NCBI GenBank assembly: GCA_033764015.1
Contig: JANRJK010000013.1
Location: forward strand, 352,001-416,000
DNA: 64,000 nt
Direction: 5' to 3'
Source of the DNA: Candidatus Sumerlaeia bacterium
Lineage (GTDB): Bacteria; Sumerlaeota; Sumerlaeia; SLMS01; JANRJK01
Shown here in pieces: positions 19,701-29,347 of this stretch. Below the pieces are notes generated by a model. The model made no database searches and had not been told where the DNA came from. It was given only the letters and a program-made list of their open reading frames with translations. Position 1 is the first letter of the stretch; each line of letters starts with the position of its first letter. Both the position numbers and the translations under genes were made by a program.

Positions 19701-21040
19701 CGGGCGCGCGAGGCCGCGGCGCGCTCCGACGCCGCGACCGCCCGCAGCAGCTCCTCGCCCTCCGGCGCGTCCAGCAGCCGCACGGCCTGCAGTCGCGCGA
19801 GCACCAGGTCGCCGTTCCGGATCGCGAGCCGCGCGTGCCCCTCGTGGACACGCACGCGCAGCGGCGGCAGCGACGGGTTCGCGGTCCAGAGGGCGGTCGC
19901 GCGGTCGAGCAGCGCCGCCGCCGCGGCGAAGCCGCCGTAGTCCGCAGCTCCCGCCGCGAGCGCCGCCTCCGCGCGGGCCGCGAGGTCGCGCGACTCGCGC
20001 CGGCGGGACTCGCCGGACAGGTGGTCCCGCAGCGCCTCCACGAATTCGGCGGCGCCGGGGCAGCGGCGCTGCGGTTCCGCCTCCAGGGCGGATAGGCACA
20101 GCGCCTCCAGGTCCGCCGGGATCTCGCGGTCCGGCGCCCGCCGCGACGGAGGCTCGATGAGGCCGGCCCGCGCCATCGCCAACGCCTGGTGCGCCGTCTG
20201 CGCGTTGTGCGGATAGGTCCCGGTCAGCAGGAAGTAAAGCGTGCCGCCGAGCAGGTAGATGTCGGTCCAGGCGCCGATGCCTTCCGCGCTCCGTTCCGTC
20301 TGCTCCGGCGCCATGAGCGCGGGGGTTCCGCAGGGATTCGTCGCGGTCGCCGCGCTCTCCAGCTCCGGCAGCCCCAGCTCGCGCATCGCGCGCAGTTCCG
20401 CCTCCCCCCCGACGAACATCGCCAGGCCCCAGTCGAACAGCAGCACCTCGCCGAACTCCCCGAGCATCACCTGCGCGGGCTTCAGGTCCCGGTGCACCAC
20501 GCCCCGCGAGTGGGCGAAGGCGATCGCCTGGCCCACCGCGATCAGGACCGGCAGATGGCGCCCCAGCAGCGCCCCGGGCTCCAACTCCCCGAAGTCCCGG
20601 GCCAGCGCCCGGTCCCAAGGGGTGCCCTGGACGTACTTCATCGCAAGTAGCGGTGGACCGCCCGGCGTCTCCGCCAAGTCGTGCACCGGGACGATGTTGG
20701 GGTGTTCCAGCCGGGCGGCGAAGAGCGCCTCGCGGCGGAACTCCGACAGGGCGCGGGTCGCCTCCGGGCCCAGTTCCGAAAGCCGGTCCGAGCGGACCCG
20801 CTTCACAGCGACCACGCGACCAAGGTTCGGCTGCACCGCTTCCCACACTTCGCCCATCCCCCCCGACGCGACGCGGCGCATCAGCCGGTATCCCTCGCTC
20901 GGCGTCTCCGCCCCTTGGGACGGGGCGGACGCCGGCTCCGCGCGCCGCGTGGCGAGGGTCGCCTCCGCCTCCGGGCTACGCGTTCCCTTGAGCGTCAGCG
21001 TCGCGTTCTCGGGAAGGCCCTCGGGGGCTGTGTGGTCCAT
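16721..21040 (-). CDS. Hanks-type Ser/Thr protein kinase with TM segment and long TPR-like helical C-terminus (1439 aa)
   Basis: ASGGMGEV, VAVK, HPNIV, HRDLKPAQ, DWG, GTPALMAPEQ; TM LAVAASFALLGVIAAGGALF; Ala/Leu-rich repeats. Confidence 0.92.
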   Translation of the reverse strand: MDHTAPEGLPENATLTLKGTRSPEAEATLATRRAEPASAPSQGAETPSEGYRLMRRVASGGMGEVWEAVQPNLGRVVAVKRVRSDRLSELGPEATRALSEFRREALFAARLEHPNIVPVHDLAETPGGPPLLAMKYVQGTPWDRALARDFGELEPGALLGRHLPVLIAVGQAIAFAHSRGVVHRDLKPAQVMLGEFGEVLLFDWGLAMFVGGEAELRAMRELGLPELESAATATNPCGTPALMAPEQTERSAEGIGAWTDIYLLGGTLYFLLTGTYPHNAQTAHQALAMARAGLIEPPSRRAPDREIPADLEALCLSALEAEPQRRCPGAAEFVEALRDHLSGESRRRESRDLAARAEAALAAGAADYGGFAAAAALLDRATALWTANPSLPPLRVRVHEGHARLAIRNGDLVLARLQAVRLLDAPEGEELLRAVAASERAAASRARTRRLAVAASFALLGVIAAGGALFTRRLAQSRDAEVSQRRAAEAQRDLARDAREKSDDFARFVLEDMTGRLATLGRLELLDPAIERAFEYYASLPVEGIPVEERAAAARGLIAVMQAARARGNAPLQESAADAAARAVAALPAEERQSLAPLLQAERSALDLRLGDVDAGRNSAEMALVAAERELARDPDSPENAAAVSLALGAVADAEALAGDAVRALALVERALAIDERLAAEGGKESAERLAESLRRKINLLPDGAPEADAEPTLARILEVADTLAASPADADAAAAAAGMLTAAGDWHSTRGRTEEMIALNRRAVELIDRALAIDPSQPTLRATRTSSLNTIAVGTERLGDAEGASRAFAQVLEALEELRQRDPNNASWARQHLSMLNNAANVELSLRRNDKALALAERQLALATELHGRMADVAEVSRAYGLAHQRHAAVLLAAGRGEEALEYAERAVAHADSSALRFPGDADVQGEVANSRSWKAGTLASLDRFQEAASAMREAAEAAQVEVERVPGDRAALQRLAEVLNSLANYQSQLGLREETFETQMLAVEAFRALALLDPARGAAHAGLASALQRLSDRASFTGRRDMAIEASLEAMDAAGRALESMPGDYGLLLTSAVSGMQAARLLSDFGREAEAESATIAARRSFALLEASAGELDDERRIELDIARLRLGLAESSIGALDRAVALLRSARASRHLDTTPSFNDEMLLAQLDMIEAGFLVDLGRAGEAVERATSATLELARLREANPAVGRVRTEQASATRTLALALRDSGDTEGALREARASAVLWRDPAASGATALRAVEQEARSLRTAADTLAIAGRRGEALSAAREALALLGDPSPDWSAGRRGLYVGVRSLEARCLLAAGSAESAATLLAPLEPMLETTGDTEAARDSLSREYLRALAETRAALGDADGSRAAWERLARSLEARPGWRPSPRHRAELAIALLALGRTEEAQALRDEAAALDMPGAEILRPPPPAP

Positions 21041-21104
21041 ATGCTCTCCGGTACCCGCGCAGCTTTCCGCCCCTGGGGCGCGGGCGCAAACCGGAACGGC
21101 TCCG

Positions 21105-21560
21105 CTACCGGGCCTTCGCCGCCGCCAGCCCCGCGGCGGCGCGCAAGGCGAGCCCGTAGCCCGCCGGGCCGAGCCCGACCACGACTCCCGCCGCGACCGG
21201 GCTGATGAGGCTGCGGTGGCGGAACTCCTCGCGCGCGAAGGTATTGCTCAAGTGCACTTCGATGACCGGGTAGTCCGCGGCCGCGACCGCGTCGCGGAGC
21301 GCCACGCTGGTATGCGTGTAGCCTCCCGGGTTGAACACCGCGGCCGCCGCGTCCCCCCGGAGCGCGTGCAGATGGTCGATCAGCGCGCCCTCGTGGTTGC
21401 TTTGGAACGTCGTCACTCGGACGCCGAGCGCCGCCCCGATCTCCCGGAGCGAGGCGTCGATATCGGCGAGGGTGCGGCTCCCGTAGACCTGCGGCTCGCG
21501 GGTGCCGAGCAGGTTCAGGTTGGGTCCGTGGAGGACGGCGACGTGCGGCTGGGTGGCCAT
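21105..21560 (-). CDS. aroQ: Type II 3-dehydroquinate dehydratase
   Basis: HGPNLNLLGTREP, QSNHEG, NPGGYTHTS, EVHLSN. Confidence 0.97.
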   Translation of the reverse strand: MATQPHVAVLHGPNLNLLGTREPQVYGSRTLADIDASLREIGAALGVRVTTFQSNHEGALIDHLHALRGDAAAAVFNPGGYTHTSVALRDAVAAADYPVIEVHLSNTFAREEFRHRSLISPVAAGVVVGLGPAGYGLALRAAAGLAAAKAR

Positions 21561-21678
21561 TGTGTTTGCTCGCTCAAGCGTTTTCTAGAGTGATTTATTG
21601 CGAATTGCGGCGGCTTGAATCGGACTTGCGCCGGTGCGAAGTAAAGGTTTTACCTCGGATCACAAGCGAGGTTATCGC

Positions 21679-23028
21679 ATGTCCACAGCCACAGCAACTG
21701 CTCCCAAAGCAGGGAATGTCAACGACACCGTCAACCATGCGGGCTCGGCGCCGAAGGGGATCGATCCCCTTTACGGCGGCTCGCCGTTCTACCGCCAGGC
21801 CGCGTCGCAGCTCGACATGGTCGCGCCCTACATCGACGTCGAGCGCGACATCATCGAGCGGATGAAGATGCCCAAGCGGGCAGTCGCCGTCAGCATCCCC
21901 GTCCGCATGGACGGCGGCGAAATCCGGAACTTCCTCGGGATGCGCGTGCAGCACTCGCTCACCTCGGGCCCCGGCAAGGGCGGCCTCCGCTTCAGCCCCC
22001 ACGTCGACATCGGCGAGGTCGCCGCGCTGGCGATGCTGATGACGTGGAAGTGCTCCCTCGCCGGCCTGCCCTTCGGCGGCGCCAAGGGCGGCATCAACTG
22101 CGATCCCATGGCTCTCTCGCAAGGCGAACTCGAACGCATCACCCGCCGCTTCACCTGCGAAGTCCTCCCCTTCATCGGTCCCCACGAGGACATCATGGCC
22201 CCCGACATGGGGACCAATGAGCAGACGATGGCGTGGATCTACGACACCTACTCGATGATGAAGGGCGCCACCTACCCGCAGGTCGTCACTGGCAAGTCGG
22301 TCGCCATGTGGGGCACCGCCGGGCGGCGCGAAGCGACCGGCCGCGGCGTCGTCTACACCGTCGAACTCGCCGCCGACGCCCTGGACATGACGCTCATGGG
22401 CTCGACCGCCGTCATCCAGGGCTTCGGCAACGTCGGCTCCGTGGCCGCCATCGAACTCTACAACCGCGGCGTCAAGATCACCGGCATCGCCGACGTCTCC
22501 GGCCACTACATCCGCGAGGACGGCTTCAACGTCCCGGACCTGATCGACCACATCATGCGCCACCGCAGTCTCGCCGGCGCCGGCATCGACGAGTACATGG
22601 TCAGCAAGGAGGACTTCCTCACCACTCCCTGCACCATCCTCGTCCCCGCAGCCATGGAGCGGCAGATCACCGCCGACCTCGCCGAGCGCATCCAGTGCCG
22701 CATCCTCGCCGAGGGCGCGAACGGCCCCGTCACCGAGGACGCCGACGCGATCCTCAGCGCGCGCCGCGACGAAATCCTCCTCATCCCCGACATCCTCTGC
22801 AACTCCGGCGGCGTCATCGTGTCCTACTTCGAGTGGGTCCAGGACCTCTCGATGCACTTCTGGACCGAGGACACCGTCATGAAGGAGTTGCGCAAGCGCA
22901 TCGAACCCGCCTTCGAGTCCACTTGGCGCCTCTCGCAAGAGCGCAATGTGGACATGCGCACCGCCGCGCTCATCAAGGGCGTCTCGAAGGTCGCCATGGA
23001 GAACAAGGTCCGCGGCCTGTATCCCTGA
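21679..23028 (+). CDS. gdhA: Glu/Leu/Phe/Val dehydrogenase (glutamate dehydrogenase)
   Basis: GPGKGGLR, GGAKGG, APDMGT, QGFGNVG, EGANGP, SYFEWVQ; GAGG RBS before ATG 21679. Confidence 0.95.
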   Translation: MSTATATAPKAGNVNDTVNHAGSAPKGIDPLYGGSPFYRQAASQLDMVAPYIDVERDIIERMKMPKRAVAVSIPVRMDGGEIRNFLGMRVQHSLTSGPGKGGLRFSPHVDIGEVAALAMLMTWKCSLAGLPFGGAKGGINCDPMALSQGELERITRRFTCEVLPFIGPHEDIMAPDMGTNEQTMAWIYDTYSMMKGATYPQVVTGKSVAMWGTAGRREATGRGVVYTVELAADALDMTLMGSTAVIQGFGNVGSVAAIELYNRGVKITGIADVSGHYIREDGFNVPDLIDHIMRHRSLAGAGIDEYMVSKEDFLTTPCTILVPAAMERQITADLAERIQCRILAEGANGPVTEDADAILSARRDEILLIPDILCNSGGVIVSYFEWVQDLSMHFWTEDTVMKELRKRIEPAFESTWRLSQERNVDMRTAALIKGVSKVAMENKVRGLYP

Positions 23029-23055
23029 CCGCAGCCACTCCCGGAACCGCAAGCA

Positions 23056-23086
23056 GGAGGGCCGTCCGCGAGGGCGGCCCTTCTTC
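23056..23086 (+). terminator. Rho-independent terminator after gdhA
   Basis: ggagggccgtcc-GCGA-gggcggcccttc hairpin with GNRA loop followed by ttc. Confidence 0.65.
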
Positions 23087-23198
23087 GTTCGAGGACATGA
23101 TGCTTGGGCACGATTTTCCCGTGGCGCGTCCGCGCTTGCCCGCCGCAGGCTGTGCCGGTAAGCCGTTCGTCCGCGATCCCGCGAGCTGGAAACGCCCC

Positions 23199-24887
23199 GT
23201 GGCCCCCAACGATCCCCGCAGAAACGCAGACGCCACAGCGCCCACGGTGCCCCTTTCTCTCCGCGGACAAACGGCGACGTCGATGCCGCCCCCGGACGGC
23301 GACGCGCGCATGCCTTCCATCGGCGACCGGCTCGGCAGCTACGTCCTCACCGGCATCCTCGGCAGCGGTGGCATGGGGCGTGTCTACGAAGCCCATGACG
23401 AGAGCCTCGAGCGCGACGCCGCCGTGAAGGTGATTTCCTCCGCCATCGCGTCCGACCCCGCATCCCGGGAGCGCATCCGCATCGAGGCCCGCAGCGCCGC
23501 GAAGCTCCACCATCCGAACATCGTTTCGGTGTTCGCCTTCGGCGAAGAGGGCGGCGCCTCCTACATCGCCATGGAGCGCGTCAAGGGCTCGTCCCTCCAG
23601 ACCATGATCGCTTCCCACGGGCCGATGGACCCGGCGAAGGCGCTCCGCGTGGTGCGCGACGTCGCGGAGGCACTCGCCTACGCCTGGGAGCACGGCATCA
23701 TCCACCGCGACATCAAGCCCGCGAACATCATGATCGACGGGCGCGGCACCGCCAAGGTGCTGGATTTCGGCCTCGCGAAGGACCTGCTCTCGGCGGATCC
23801 GAAGCTCACCGCGACGAACACCGTGATGGGCACGCCGCTCTTCATGGCGCCCGAGCAGGCCTCCGGCCAGCCCGTCGACTTCCGCGCCGACATGTATTCG
23901 CTCGGCATCACGCTCTACTACGTCGTTCTCGGCGTCGTGCCCTACAACGCCACTTCCCCGCTCGCGGTGGCGCTCAAGCACGCGCAGGAAGACCTCCCCG
24001 TCCCTCCAACCCTCGAGGTGCTGCTCAAGGGCGAGCTGCTCCGCATCCTGCGCCGGATGACCGTGAAGCGCCCGGAGGGCCGCTACGCGGGCTACCAGGA
24101 ATTGATCGCCGACATCGACCGTGTGCTTGGCGGCGGGAAGAGCGCCCCCGCGCCGGTGCGCGCCGCCGCTCCCGCGCGCCCTTCGAAGCGCTGGGTCTGG
24201 CCCGCGCTCGCCGGTGCGGCGGCGGTCGTCGCGGCCGTCGCGTACATCGCGACGCGGGACGACAAGCCGCTCCCTCCCCTCGAGCCGATCACCCGCCCCC
24301 GCACCGCCTCCGCCACCGGTAGCAGCGGCCTTGCGGATGGCGCTCCCGCGGCGGAAGTGATCCGCCTTCCGGAGACCACACCGACTCCGCTGCCCGCTCC
24401 CGCCGCGGCCCGTCCGCAGGAGGGCGGCCGCCCTCCGGGCCCCGGGCCCCAGCGCCGGGCGCCCAACCCGCCGCCGTTCATTTCGAACGTGCGCGAGCTG
24501 CTCGCCGGACCGCTCCGCCAGGGCGACTTCGACGGCGCCATCGCCCGGATCGACGACTTCCTGTCCCGCGCGCGACTCGATGAGAAGGCGCTGCGGTTCT
24601 ATCGCGATGTCCGGTCTTGGCTGGTGGATGCGAGGGCTGCGGAGACGGTCTTCCAAGGGGCCACGCTCGCGGAGCGCCAGCAGGCCGCGATCGCATCGGC
24701 GCTCTCGCCGCAAGCCTCGCAGGACGACGTGGTCCGCGCGCTCCGCTACCTCACCGCCACCGGCTCGCCGCTGGCCCCGAAGGCCTTCCACGAACTGGAG
24801 ACGCGCTTCCCCGCCGCCGCCGGCCAGCCCCGCCTGTTCTTCGAAATCCAATCGATGAACGGGCTTCACGAGGACCGGCGCGACTGA
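23199..24887 (+). CDS. Hanks-type Ser/Thr protein kinase with TM and Pro-rich/helical C-terminus
   Basis: [49 protein letters not shown]; start uncertain (GTG 23199, or ATG 23283/23310). Confidence 0.9.
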   Translation: MAPNDPRRNADATAPTVPLSLRGQTATSMPPPDGDARMPSIGDRLGSYVLTGILGSGGMGRVYEAHDESLERDAAVKVISSAIASDPASRERIRIEARSAAKLHHPNIVSVFAFGEEGGASYIAMERVKGSSLQTMIASHGPMDPAKALRVVRDVAEALAYAWEHGIIHRDIKPANIMIDGRGTAKVLDFGLAKDLLSADPKLTATNTVMGTPLFMAPEQASGQPVDFRADMYSLGITLYYVVLGVVPYNATSPLAVALKHAQEDLPVPPTLEVLLKGELLRILRRMTVKRPEGRYAGYQELIADIDRVLGGGKSAPAPVRAAAPARPSKRWVWPALAGAAAVVAAVAYIATRDDKPLPPLEPITRPRTASATGSSGLADGAPAAEVIRLPETTPTPLPAPAAARPQEGGRPPGPGPQRRAPNPPPFISNVRELLAGPLRQGDFDGAIARIDDFLSRARLDEKALRFYRDVRSWLVDARAAETVFQGATLAERQQAAIASALSPQASQDDVVRALRYLTATGSPLAPKAFHELETRFPAAAGQPRLFFEIQSMNGLHEDRRD

Positions 24888-24949
24888 CGCGACTCCGCCG
24901 CGGAAAGCCTTTGCTTCCCGCCCTCGGTCCTATGCTGTCGGGTAAAGTT

Positions 24950-25025
24950 TGGTGGAGGTGAGGGGAGTCGAACCCCTGACACCCAGACTGCCAGCCTGGT
25001 GCTCTACCAACTGAGCTACACCCCC
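24950..25025 (-). tRNA. tRNA-Ala(GGC)
   Basis: 76-nt cloverleaf GGGGGTGTAGCTCAGTTGGTAGAGCA-CCAGG-CT-GGC-AG-TCTGG...GGTTCGACTCC...CCA; G3:U70 pair. Confidence 0.97.
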
Positions 25026-25083
25026 ACGGGTGGCCACAGGGCTACTGCCTGAAACAACCTCGTCCGTGGCGCGAAGAGGTGTT

Positions 25084-25159
25084 TGGTGGAGCAGACGGGA
25101 GTCGAACCCGTGACCTTTGCATTGCGAACGCAACGCTCTACCAACTGAGCTACTGCCCC
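25084..25159 (-). tRNA. tRNA-Ala(CGC)
   Basis: 76-nt cloverleaf GGGGCAGTAGCTCAGTTGGTAGAGCG-TTGCG-TT-CGC-AA-TGCAA...GGTTCGACTCC...CCA; G3:U70 pair. Confidence 0.97.
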
Positions 25160-25246
25160 ACAAAGGTCCCGCGGTGCGACTACCGCGGCACAAGTGGGTA
25201 GGCAACATCCACCGCGACCGCCGGTCAAGGACTTTCCCGCACGGCT

Positions 25247-27043
25247 TCACAGCCGCTCCAAGCGCTCGATCCGGAGCACGGGCAGTCCCGCCGCCTCCTC
25301 CACATCGCCGGTCGCGCGCAGCGGGGTCCCCGCCCATTGCGGATCGAGGATGAACGCCGCGCCCGCCTTCGGCGCCAGCAAGTACACACGCTCGTTCCCC
25401 GCCGCGTCGCGCACCAGCAGCCCCGGCGGGATTCCGCCTTCGATGCAACGCACCGCGCATGCGCGGTGCACCTTTCCGATGCCGGGGCGCATCACGCCCA
25501 GATAGCACTTCGTGTCCACGATCTCGCCCACCAGCGTCACACCCGCGAGCACCGGGGCCGGCCCGCTCTCCGCGGCCTCCCCGTCGAGCTCGGTCACTGC
25601 GGCTCCCGGGGCGATCTCGAGCATCGCCATGCGGTTGTTCGCGATGAGCGTTCCCTCCAGCCGCACGCGCCGCCCGTAGTGCGGGAGCACTTCCGGCGGG
25701 GGAGACTGCTTGATCGGCGTCGTCAGCAGGAACACACGCTCTTCTCCGTCGCCGTCCAGCGCCCGACCGCGGAAGTGGGGCACCGGCGATTCCCCGAGGA
25801 CGCCTTCATAGGCCTTCGCCACGCCGAACTCGTAACGCCCCTCGACGAACCGCTCCTGCGTCGCCGCGACCAACGCCCCGCCTCCGGCGAGCGCCAAGAA
25901 CGAAACGGCAAGCGCCCCCTTCGCCACGGGGCGGAAGCGCTCCGGCACCGTGGGCAGATAGCCGACGAAGAAGCCCGGCGCCTCCGCCGCGGCTGGCGGC
26001 GGGGCCTCGGCCCCCGCGGATGCGGTTCCCTCCGGCAGCGGCGCCGGGTTCACCCAAACGCGGCCGTCCACCACCCGCACCGCGTATGTCGGCACCACCT
26101 CTTTGAACGGCGGCGTGCTCACACCGTCGGTCAGCTTGTAGTTCCATCCGTGCCACGGGCACGTCGCGCAGCCGTCCAGCAGCCGCCCCTCGCCCAGCGG
26201 GCCGCCTTGGTGGCGGCACACGTTCGACAGCGCGAACAGGCGCGCGCCGTCGCGGAAGAGCGCGATCCGCTCGCCCGCGACCACGACCACCTTTCCGCAG
26301 CCGTCCGCGACCTCGCCCGCTGCGCAGGCGTCGTGGAACCCGTCGCGCGCCGCGCCCGCACGCGCCGCGTCGAACGCGCGCTCCTTGCGCCAAGCCGCGA
26401 GGTGCAGCACCGCCAGCGCCGCGAATCCAGCGGCGACGAGCGCCGGATAGAGCGGCGTCCGCTCGTCTTGCAGCACGCCGAGCGCGACGTGCGCCACCAC
26501 GAGCCCGTAGGCGAGGTACACCAGCTGGTGCAGCCGCTTCCACAGCGACGGGCCGAGGTTCTTCAGCCAGAAGTCGTGGCTCGTCGCCGTCATCAGGAAG
26601 AGGATCGCGAGGGCCACCGCCCCGAACGCCTCGAACGGGAAGTGGCCGAAGCCCGCGCCCAAGCCATAGTCGCCAGAGTACGCCGTGAAGATGCTCGTGA
26701 TCGGGTTCTGCGAACCGAAGCCGTGGTAGATCATCGTCGCCAGTCCCGCGTGGATGAAGGCGAAGAAGAACACCGCGACACCGAGATGCCGCCGGTTGAA
26801 GAGCAGCGGAAGGAACCGGTCGTCCAGCCGCGCGAGCGGCCCGATCGCGAGTGCGAGGTGCAGGAGCGCGAACGCCGTCAGCGCCGCGCCGCGGATGATG
26901 ATCGCCTCGGTCGTCGCGAAGGGGTTGGTCGCGGCGGTGCCGACGGCGAAGGCGGCGAAGCAGCCGATGGCGACCGCCGCCACGCCCGCGTCGTAGCGGC
27001 GCTTGAAGGGGTTCCAGCCGATTCCCGTGTAGTGGACCGCCAT
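25247..27043 (-). CDS. Fusion of ferric-reductase/MsrQ-like heme b membrane domain, Rieske [2Fe-2S] domain and a Cys/His-containing C-terminal domain (598 aa)
   Basis: RRHLG, FIHAG, WKRLHQLVY, AHVALG heme-ligand candidates; CRHQGGPL and CPWHGW Rieske motifs; extra TM then DTKC...HRACAVRC; start MAVHYTG. Confidence 0.85.
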   Translation of the reverse strand: MAVHYTGIGWNPFKRRYDAGVAAVAIGCFAAFAVGTAATNPFATTEAIIIRGAALTAFALLHLALAIGPLARLDDRFLPLLFNRRHLGVAVFFFAFIHAGLATMIYHGFGSQNPITSIFTAYSGDYGLGAGFGHFPFEAFGAVALAILFLMTATSHDFWLKNLGPSLWKRLHQLVYLAYGLVVAHVALGVLQDERTPLYPALVAAGFAALAVLHLAAWRKERAFDAARAGAARDGFHDACAAGEVADGCGKVVVVAGERIALFRDGARLFALSNVCRHQGGPLGEGRLLDGCATCPWHGWNYKLTDGVSTPPFKEVVPTYAVRVVDGRVWVNPAPLPEGTASAGAEAPPPAAAEAPGFFVGYLPTVPERFRPVAKGALAVSFLALAGGGALVAATQERFVEGRYEFGVAKAYEGVLGESPVPHFRGRALDGDGEERVFLLTTPIKQSPPPEVLPHYGRRVRLEGTLIANNRMAMLEIAPGAAVTELDGEAAESGPAPVLAGVTLVGEIVDTKCYLGVMRPGIGKVHRACAVRCIEGGIPPGLLVRDAAGNERVYLLAPKAGAAFILDPQWAGTPLRATGDVEEAAGLPVLRIERLERL

Positions 27044-27045
27044 GG

Positions 27046-27738
27046 TTAGCGCCCTCCCTTCGGCGAGTTGCGGAGCGATTCGTTCAGCGCCGTGCGGTCG
27101 GCGTACGACAGGATCACCAGGTGCTGCGGATCGGCCAGCGCCAGCTCCATCGGGACCGCGAAGGTCGCCGCGCCCGGCGCCGGCACGGCTCCGAGGAGCA
27201 TCGCCGGGCGTCCGGGCTCCATCCAGTACAGCAGCGTGTCGCGGATCGGCAGCTCCTCGCGCACGTCGAGCGCGAGCCTTGCCCCCCCTGCCAGCGCCTC
27301 GTAACGCGCCGAAATGTCGTAACCGGGGAACGGGTTTTCGAGTGTGCGCCCCTCCGCGAGCAGCGCAGCGGGGAGCGGCTCGTAGCTGGTCGCGGACGGC
27401 ACCCGGGCGATCAGCGCCCCGGCCAGTACCAGCGGGACAGCCACCAGCAGCGCCTGCCAGGCGAGGCCGTGTCTTGCCCGGAGCGCGCGCGGGCTCCCGC
27501 CCTGTGCGGGATCGAGCTGCGGGAGCGGCGACCCGCCCGACGCCATCCAGCGAAGCAGCAGCAAGGGCCACAGCGCCACCATCCCCGGCGTCGCAAGGAC
27601 GCGGAAGAAGAAGGCCGCGCCCCGCGCCTGTTCGTCGAAACGCGTCAAACCGCGGGCATGCAGCGCCACGGACGCCAACAGGCCGACCGCGAGGTAGCCC
27701 GTCAGTGCGAGGAATAGGATATCGACAATCGCGTTCAC
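27046..27738 (-). CDS. Hypothetical membrane protein (230 aa)
   Basis: 3 hydrophobic segments; stop is 2 nt from the next start; GGAG RBS upstream. Confidence 0.75.
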   Translation of the reverse strand: MNAIVDILFLALTGYLAVGLLASVALHARGLTRFDEQARGAAFFFRVLATPGMVALWPLLLLRWMASGGSPLPQLDPAQGGSPRALRARHGLAWQALLVAVPLVLAGALIARVPSATSYEPLPAALLAEGRTLENPFPGYDISARYEALAGGARLALDVREELPIRDTLLYWMEPGRPAMLLGAVPAPGAATFAVPMELALADPQHLVILSYADRTALNESLRNSPKGGR

Positions 27739-27906
27739 TTGGTTGCTCCAGCGGGAAGGGGGCGTCGCCCCCTAGCCCAGGTCGGGGTAGGGTCTGCGAT
27801 GAACTTCCACGGCAAGCTGCCTGCCAGCCGGTCTGCGAGTCGGTGACGTTTTTCCGTTGGGCGCTTGACCCGCTTGCCGCCCCACGTGGGCGGCGCCAGC
27901 GGAGGC

Positions 27907-28215
27907 TCAGGTCGGCGCCGCGGTGTCGCGCACGTTGAGCACGCGGTCCAGGCTGGAGACGCGCAGCACTTCGCGGATGGGCCCCGGCGCGCAGGACACC
28001 GTCAGGGTCGCGCCGACGTTCCGCGCGGCGTGCGCGATCACGATCAGGCTCCCGAAAAAGGTGCTCTCCGCGTAGCGCACGGTGCTCAGGTCGATCACCA
28101 CCTCGCGCACGCCTCCGCGGATCAGCTCCAACGCCTCCGCCTGGATGCGTGTCGCATCATCCGCCCCGAGGTGGGGCAGGTCGACGGCGAGCCTATAGGG
28201 AGGGGGGATATCCAC
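27907..28215 (-). CDS. STAS-domain protein (anti-sigma factor antagonist-like)
   Basis: VVIDLSTVRYAESTFFGSL...IREVLRVSSLDRV; start uncertain (GTG 28215). Confidence 0.8.
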   Translation of the reverse strand: MDIPPPYRLAVDLPHLGADDATRIQAEALELIRGGVREVVIDLSTVRYAESTFFGSLIVIAHAARNVGATLTVSCAPGPIREVLRVSSLDRVLNVRDTAAPT

Positions 28216-28285
28216 GGTGCCTTCCGCAGGGGTGAATCCCGGCAAACCTGCGGGTTGTGCCCGATGCACGCAAGCCTTGTATGCG

Positions 28286-28954
28286 CTAGCGCCGTGTCAG
28301 GTCCAAAGCGTGGATCGGATGCCCCTTCTCCATCGCCTTGCGCTGGAAGTTCGTGACGATGTCGTCCGGGTCCGGCGCGACGTCGAGGCGCGCGTCGCGG
28401 TCGCGGCGGAGGAAATCCACGCCGCGCAGCAACTCGTCGATCACCTCGTAGTAGGCCGTCACGTCCGTCTTGATGTAGAGGCGTCCGCCCGGCTTGAGCG
28501 TCCGTTCCAGCGGCGGCAGGATCCGCGGCGAGAAGACGCGCCGCTTGTGGTGCCGCGACTTCGGCCAAGGGTCAGGGAAGTAGATCCGGTACACATCCAC
28601 GGAAGCGTCCGGCACGAACTCCTCGAGCACATAGAGCGCGTCGCAGAGGACGAGGCGCACATTGAGCACGGAGCGCTTGCGGAGCTTCTCCTTCAGGCGG
28701 CCCATCTGCGCGCCGGCGTTCTCGATTCCGAGGAAGTTCCGCTCCGGGTGCTTCGGCGCGTGCGTGGCCAGGAAGATCCCGCTGCCGAAGCCCACCTCGA
28801 TCTCGAGCGGTCCGGGGCGGCCGAAGAAGCGCTCGAAGTCGATCGGCTTCGGCGTCTCGCCCAGCGCCGCTTCCGTGTCCCAGCCCCCCGCCACCATCGG
28901 GCGCATGGGGGGCATGCACTCGGCGGGATCGAACGCCGGCCCGCTGCCGCTCAC
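28286..28954 (-). CDS. trmB: tRNA (guanine-N7)-methyltransferase
   Basis: EVGFGSG, NFLGIE, FPDPWPKSRHHKRR, KTD, TNFQRK; GTG start overlaps the upstream TGA. Confidence 0.93.
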   Translation of the reverse strand: MSGSGPAFDPAECMPPMRPMVAGGWDTEAALGETPKPIDFERFFGRPGPLEIEVGFGSGIFLATHAPKHPERNFLGIENAGAQMGRLKEKLRKRSVLNVRLVLCDALYVLEEFVPDASVDVYRIYFPDPWPKSRHHKRRVFSPRILPPLERTLKPGGRLYIKTDVTAYYEVIDELLRGVDFLRRDRDARLDVAPDPDDIVTNFQRKAMEKGHPIHALDLTRR

Positions 28955-29319
28955 GTCGCCTCCGGCGCGCGGACCAAGTCCGACACGTCGCTGTTGCCGA
29001 GTTCCATCCGGTGGTCCGACTGCAGGATCACCCACGCGCAAAGCGCGAGCAGGCGGCGCAGGCCCGGCGTCTGCTCCGGGCTGCCGAAGCTGTCGACCGT
29101 CAGCGACAGCGAAGCCTCCTTCTGCGCGACACGGAAGTAGAACGTGCGCCGGATGCCGCGCTCCACCGTCAGCGCGCGGACCATCACCTCGCGCCGGTCC
29201 TCCTTCAGGTACGCTTCCGTGACCTTCAGGATGTCGCCGCCCTCGCGGAAGTCCATCGGCTTGAAGCCGAGCCAGACCTCCTCCGCCGTGAGCGGTCCGT
29301 TCAACGCCGCGTGCGCCAT
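28951..29319 (-). CDS. Hypothetical protein
   Basis: Protein-like ORF between the peptidase and trmB, GGAG RBS before MAHAAL; no family recognised. Confidence 0.75.
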   Translation of the reverse strand: MAHAALNGPLTAEEVWLGFKPMDFREGGDILKVTEAYLKEDRREVMVRALTVERGIRRTFYFRVAQKEASLSLTVDSFGSPEQTPGLRRLLALCAWVILQSDHRMELGNSDVSDLVRAPEAT

Positions 29320-29347
29320 CGCTCCGTTCCCCGTTTTCTTGACTGTG

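Noticed and set aside
24950..25159. tRNA-Ala pair as an island integration site
   Set aside because: No integrase and no duplicated tRNA 3' end seen; the flanking genes look native.
28222..28280. GGGGTGAATCC and GGCAAAC...CGCAAGCC resembling c-di-AMP and c-di-GMP-I riboswitch fragments
   Set aside because: They lie on the strand opposite the local genes and lack the remaining conserved elements.
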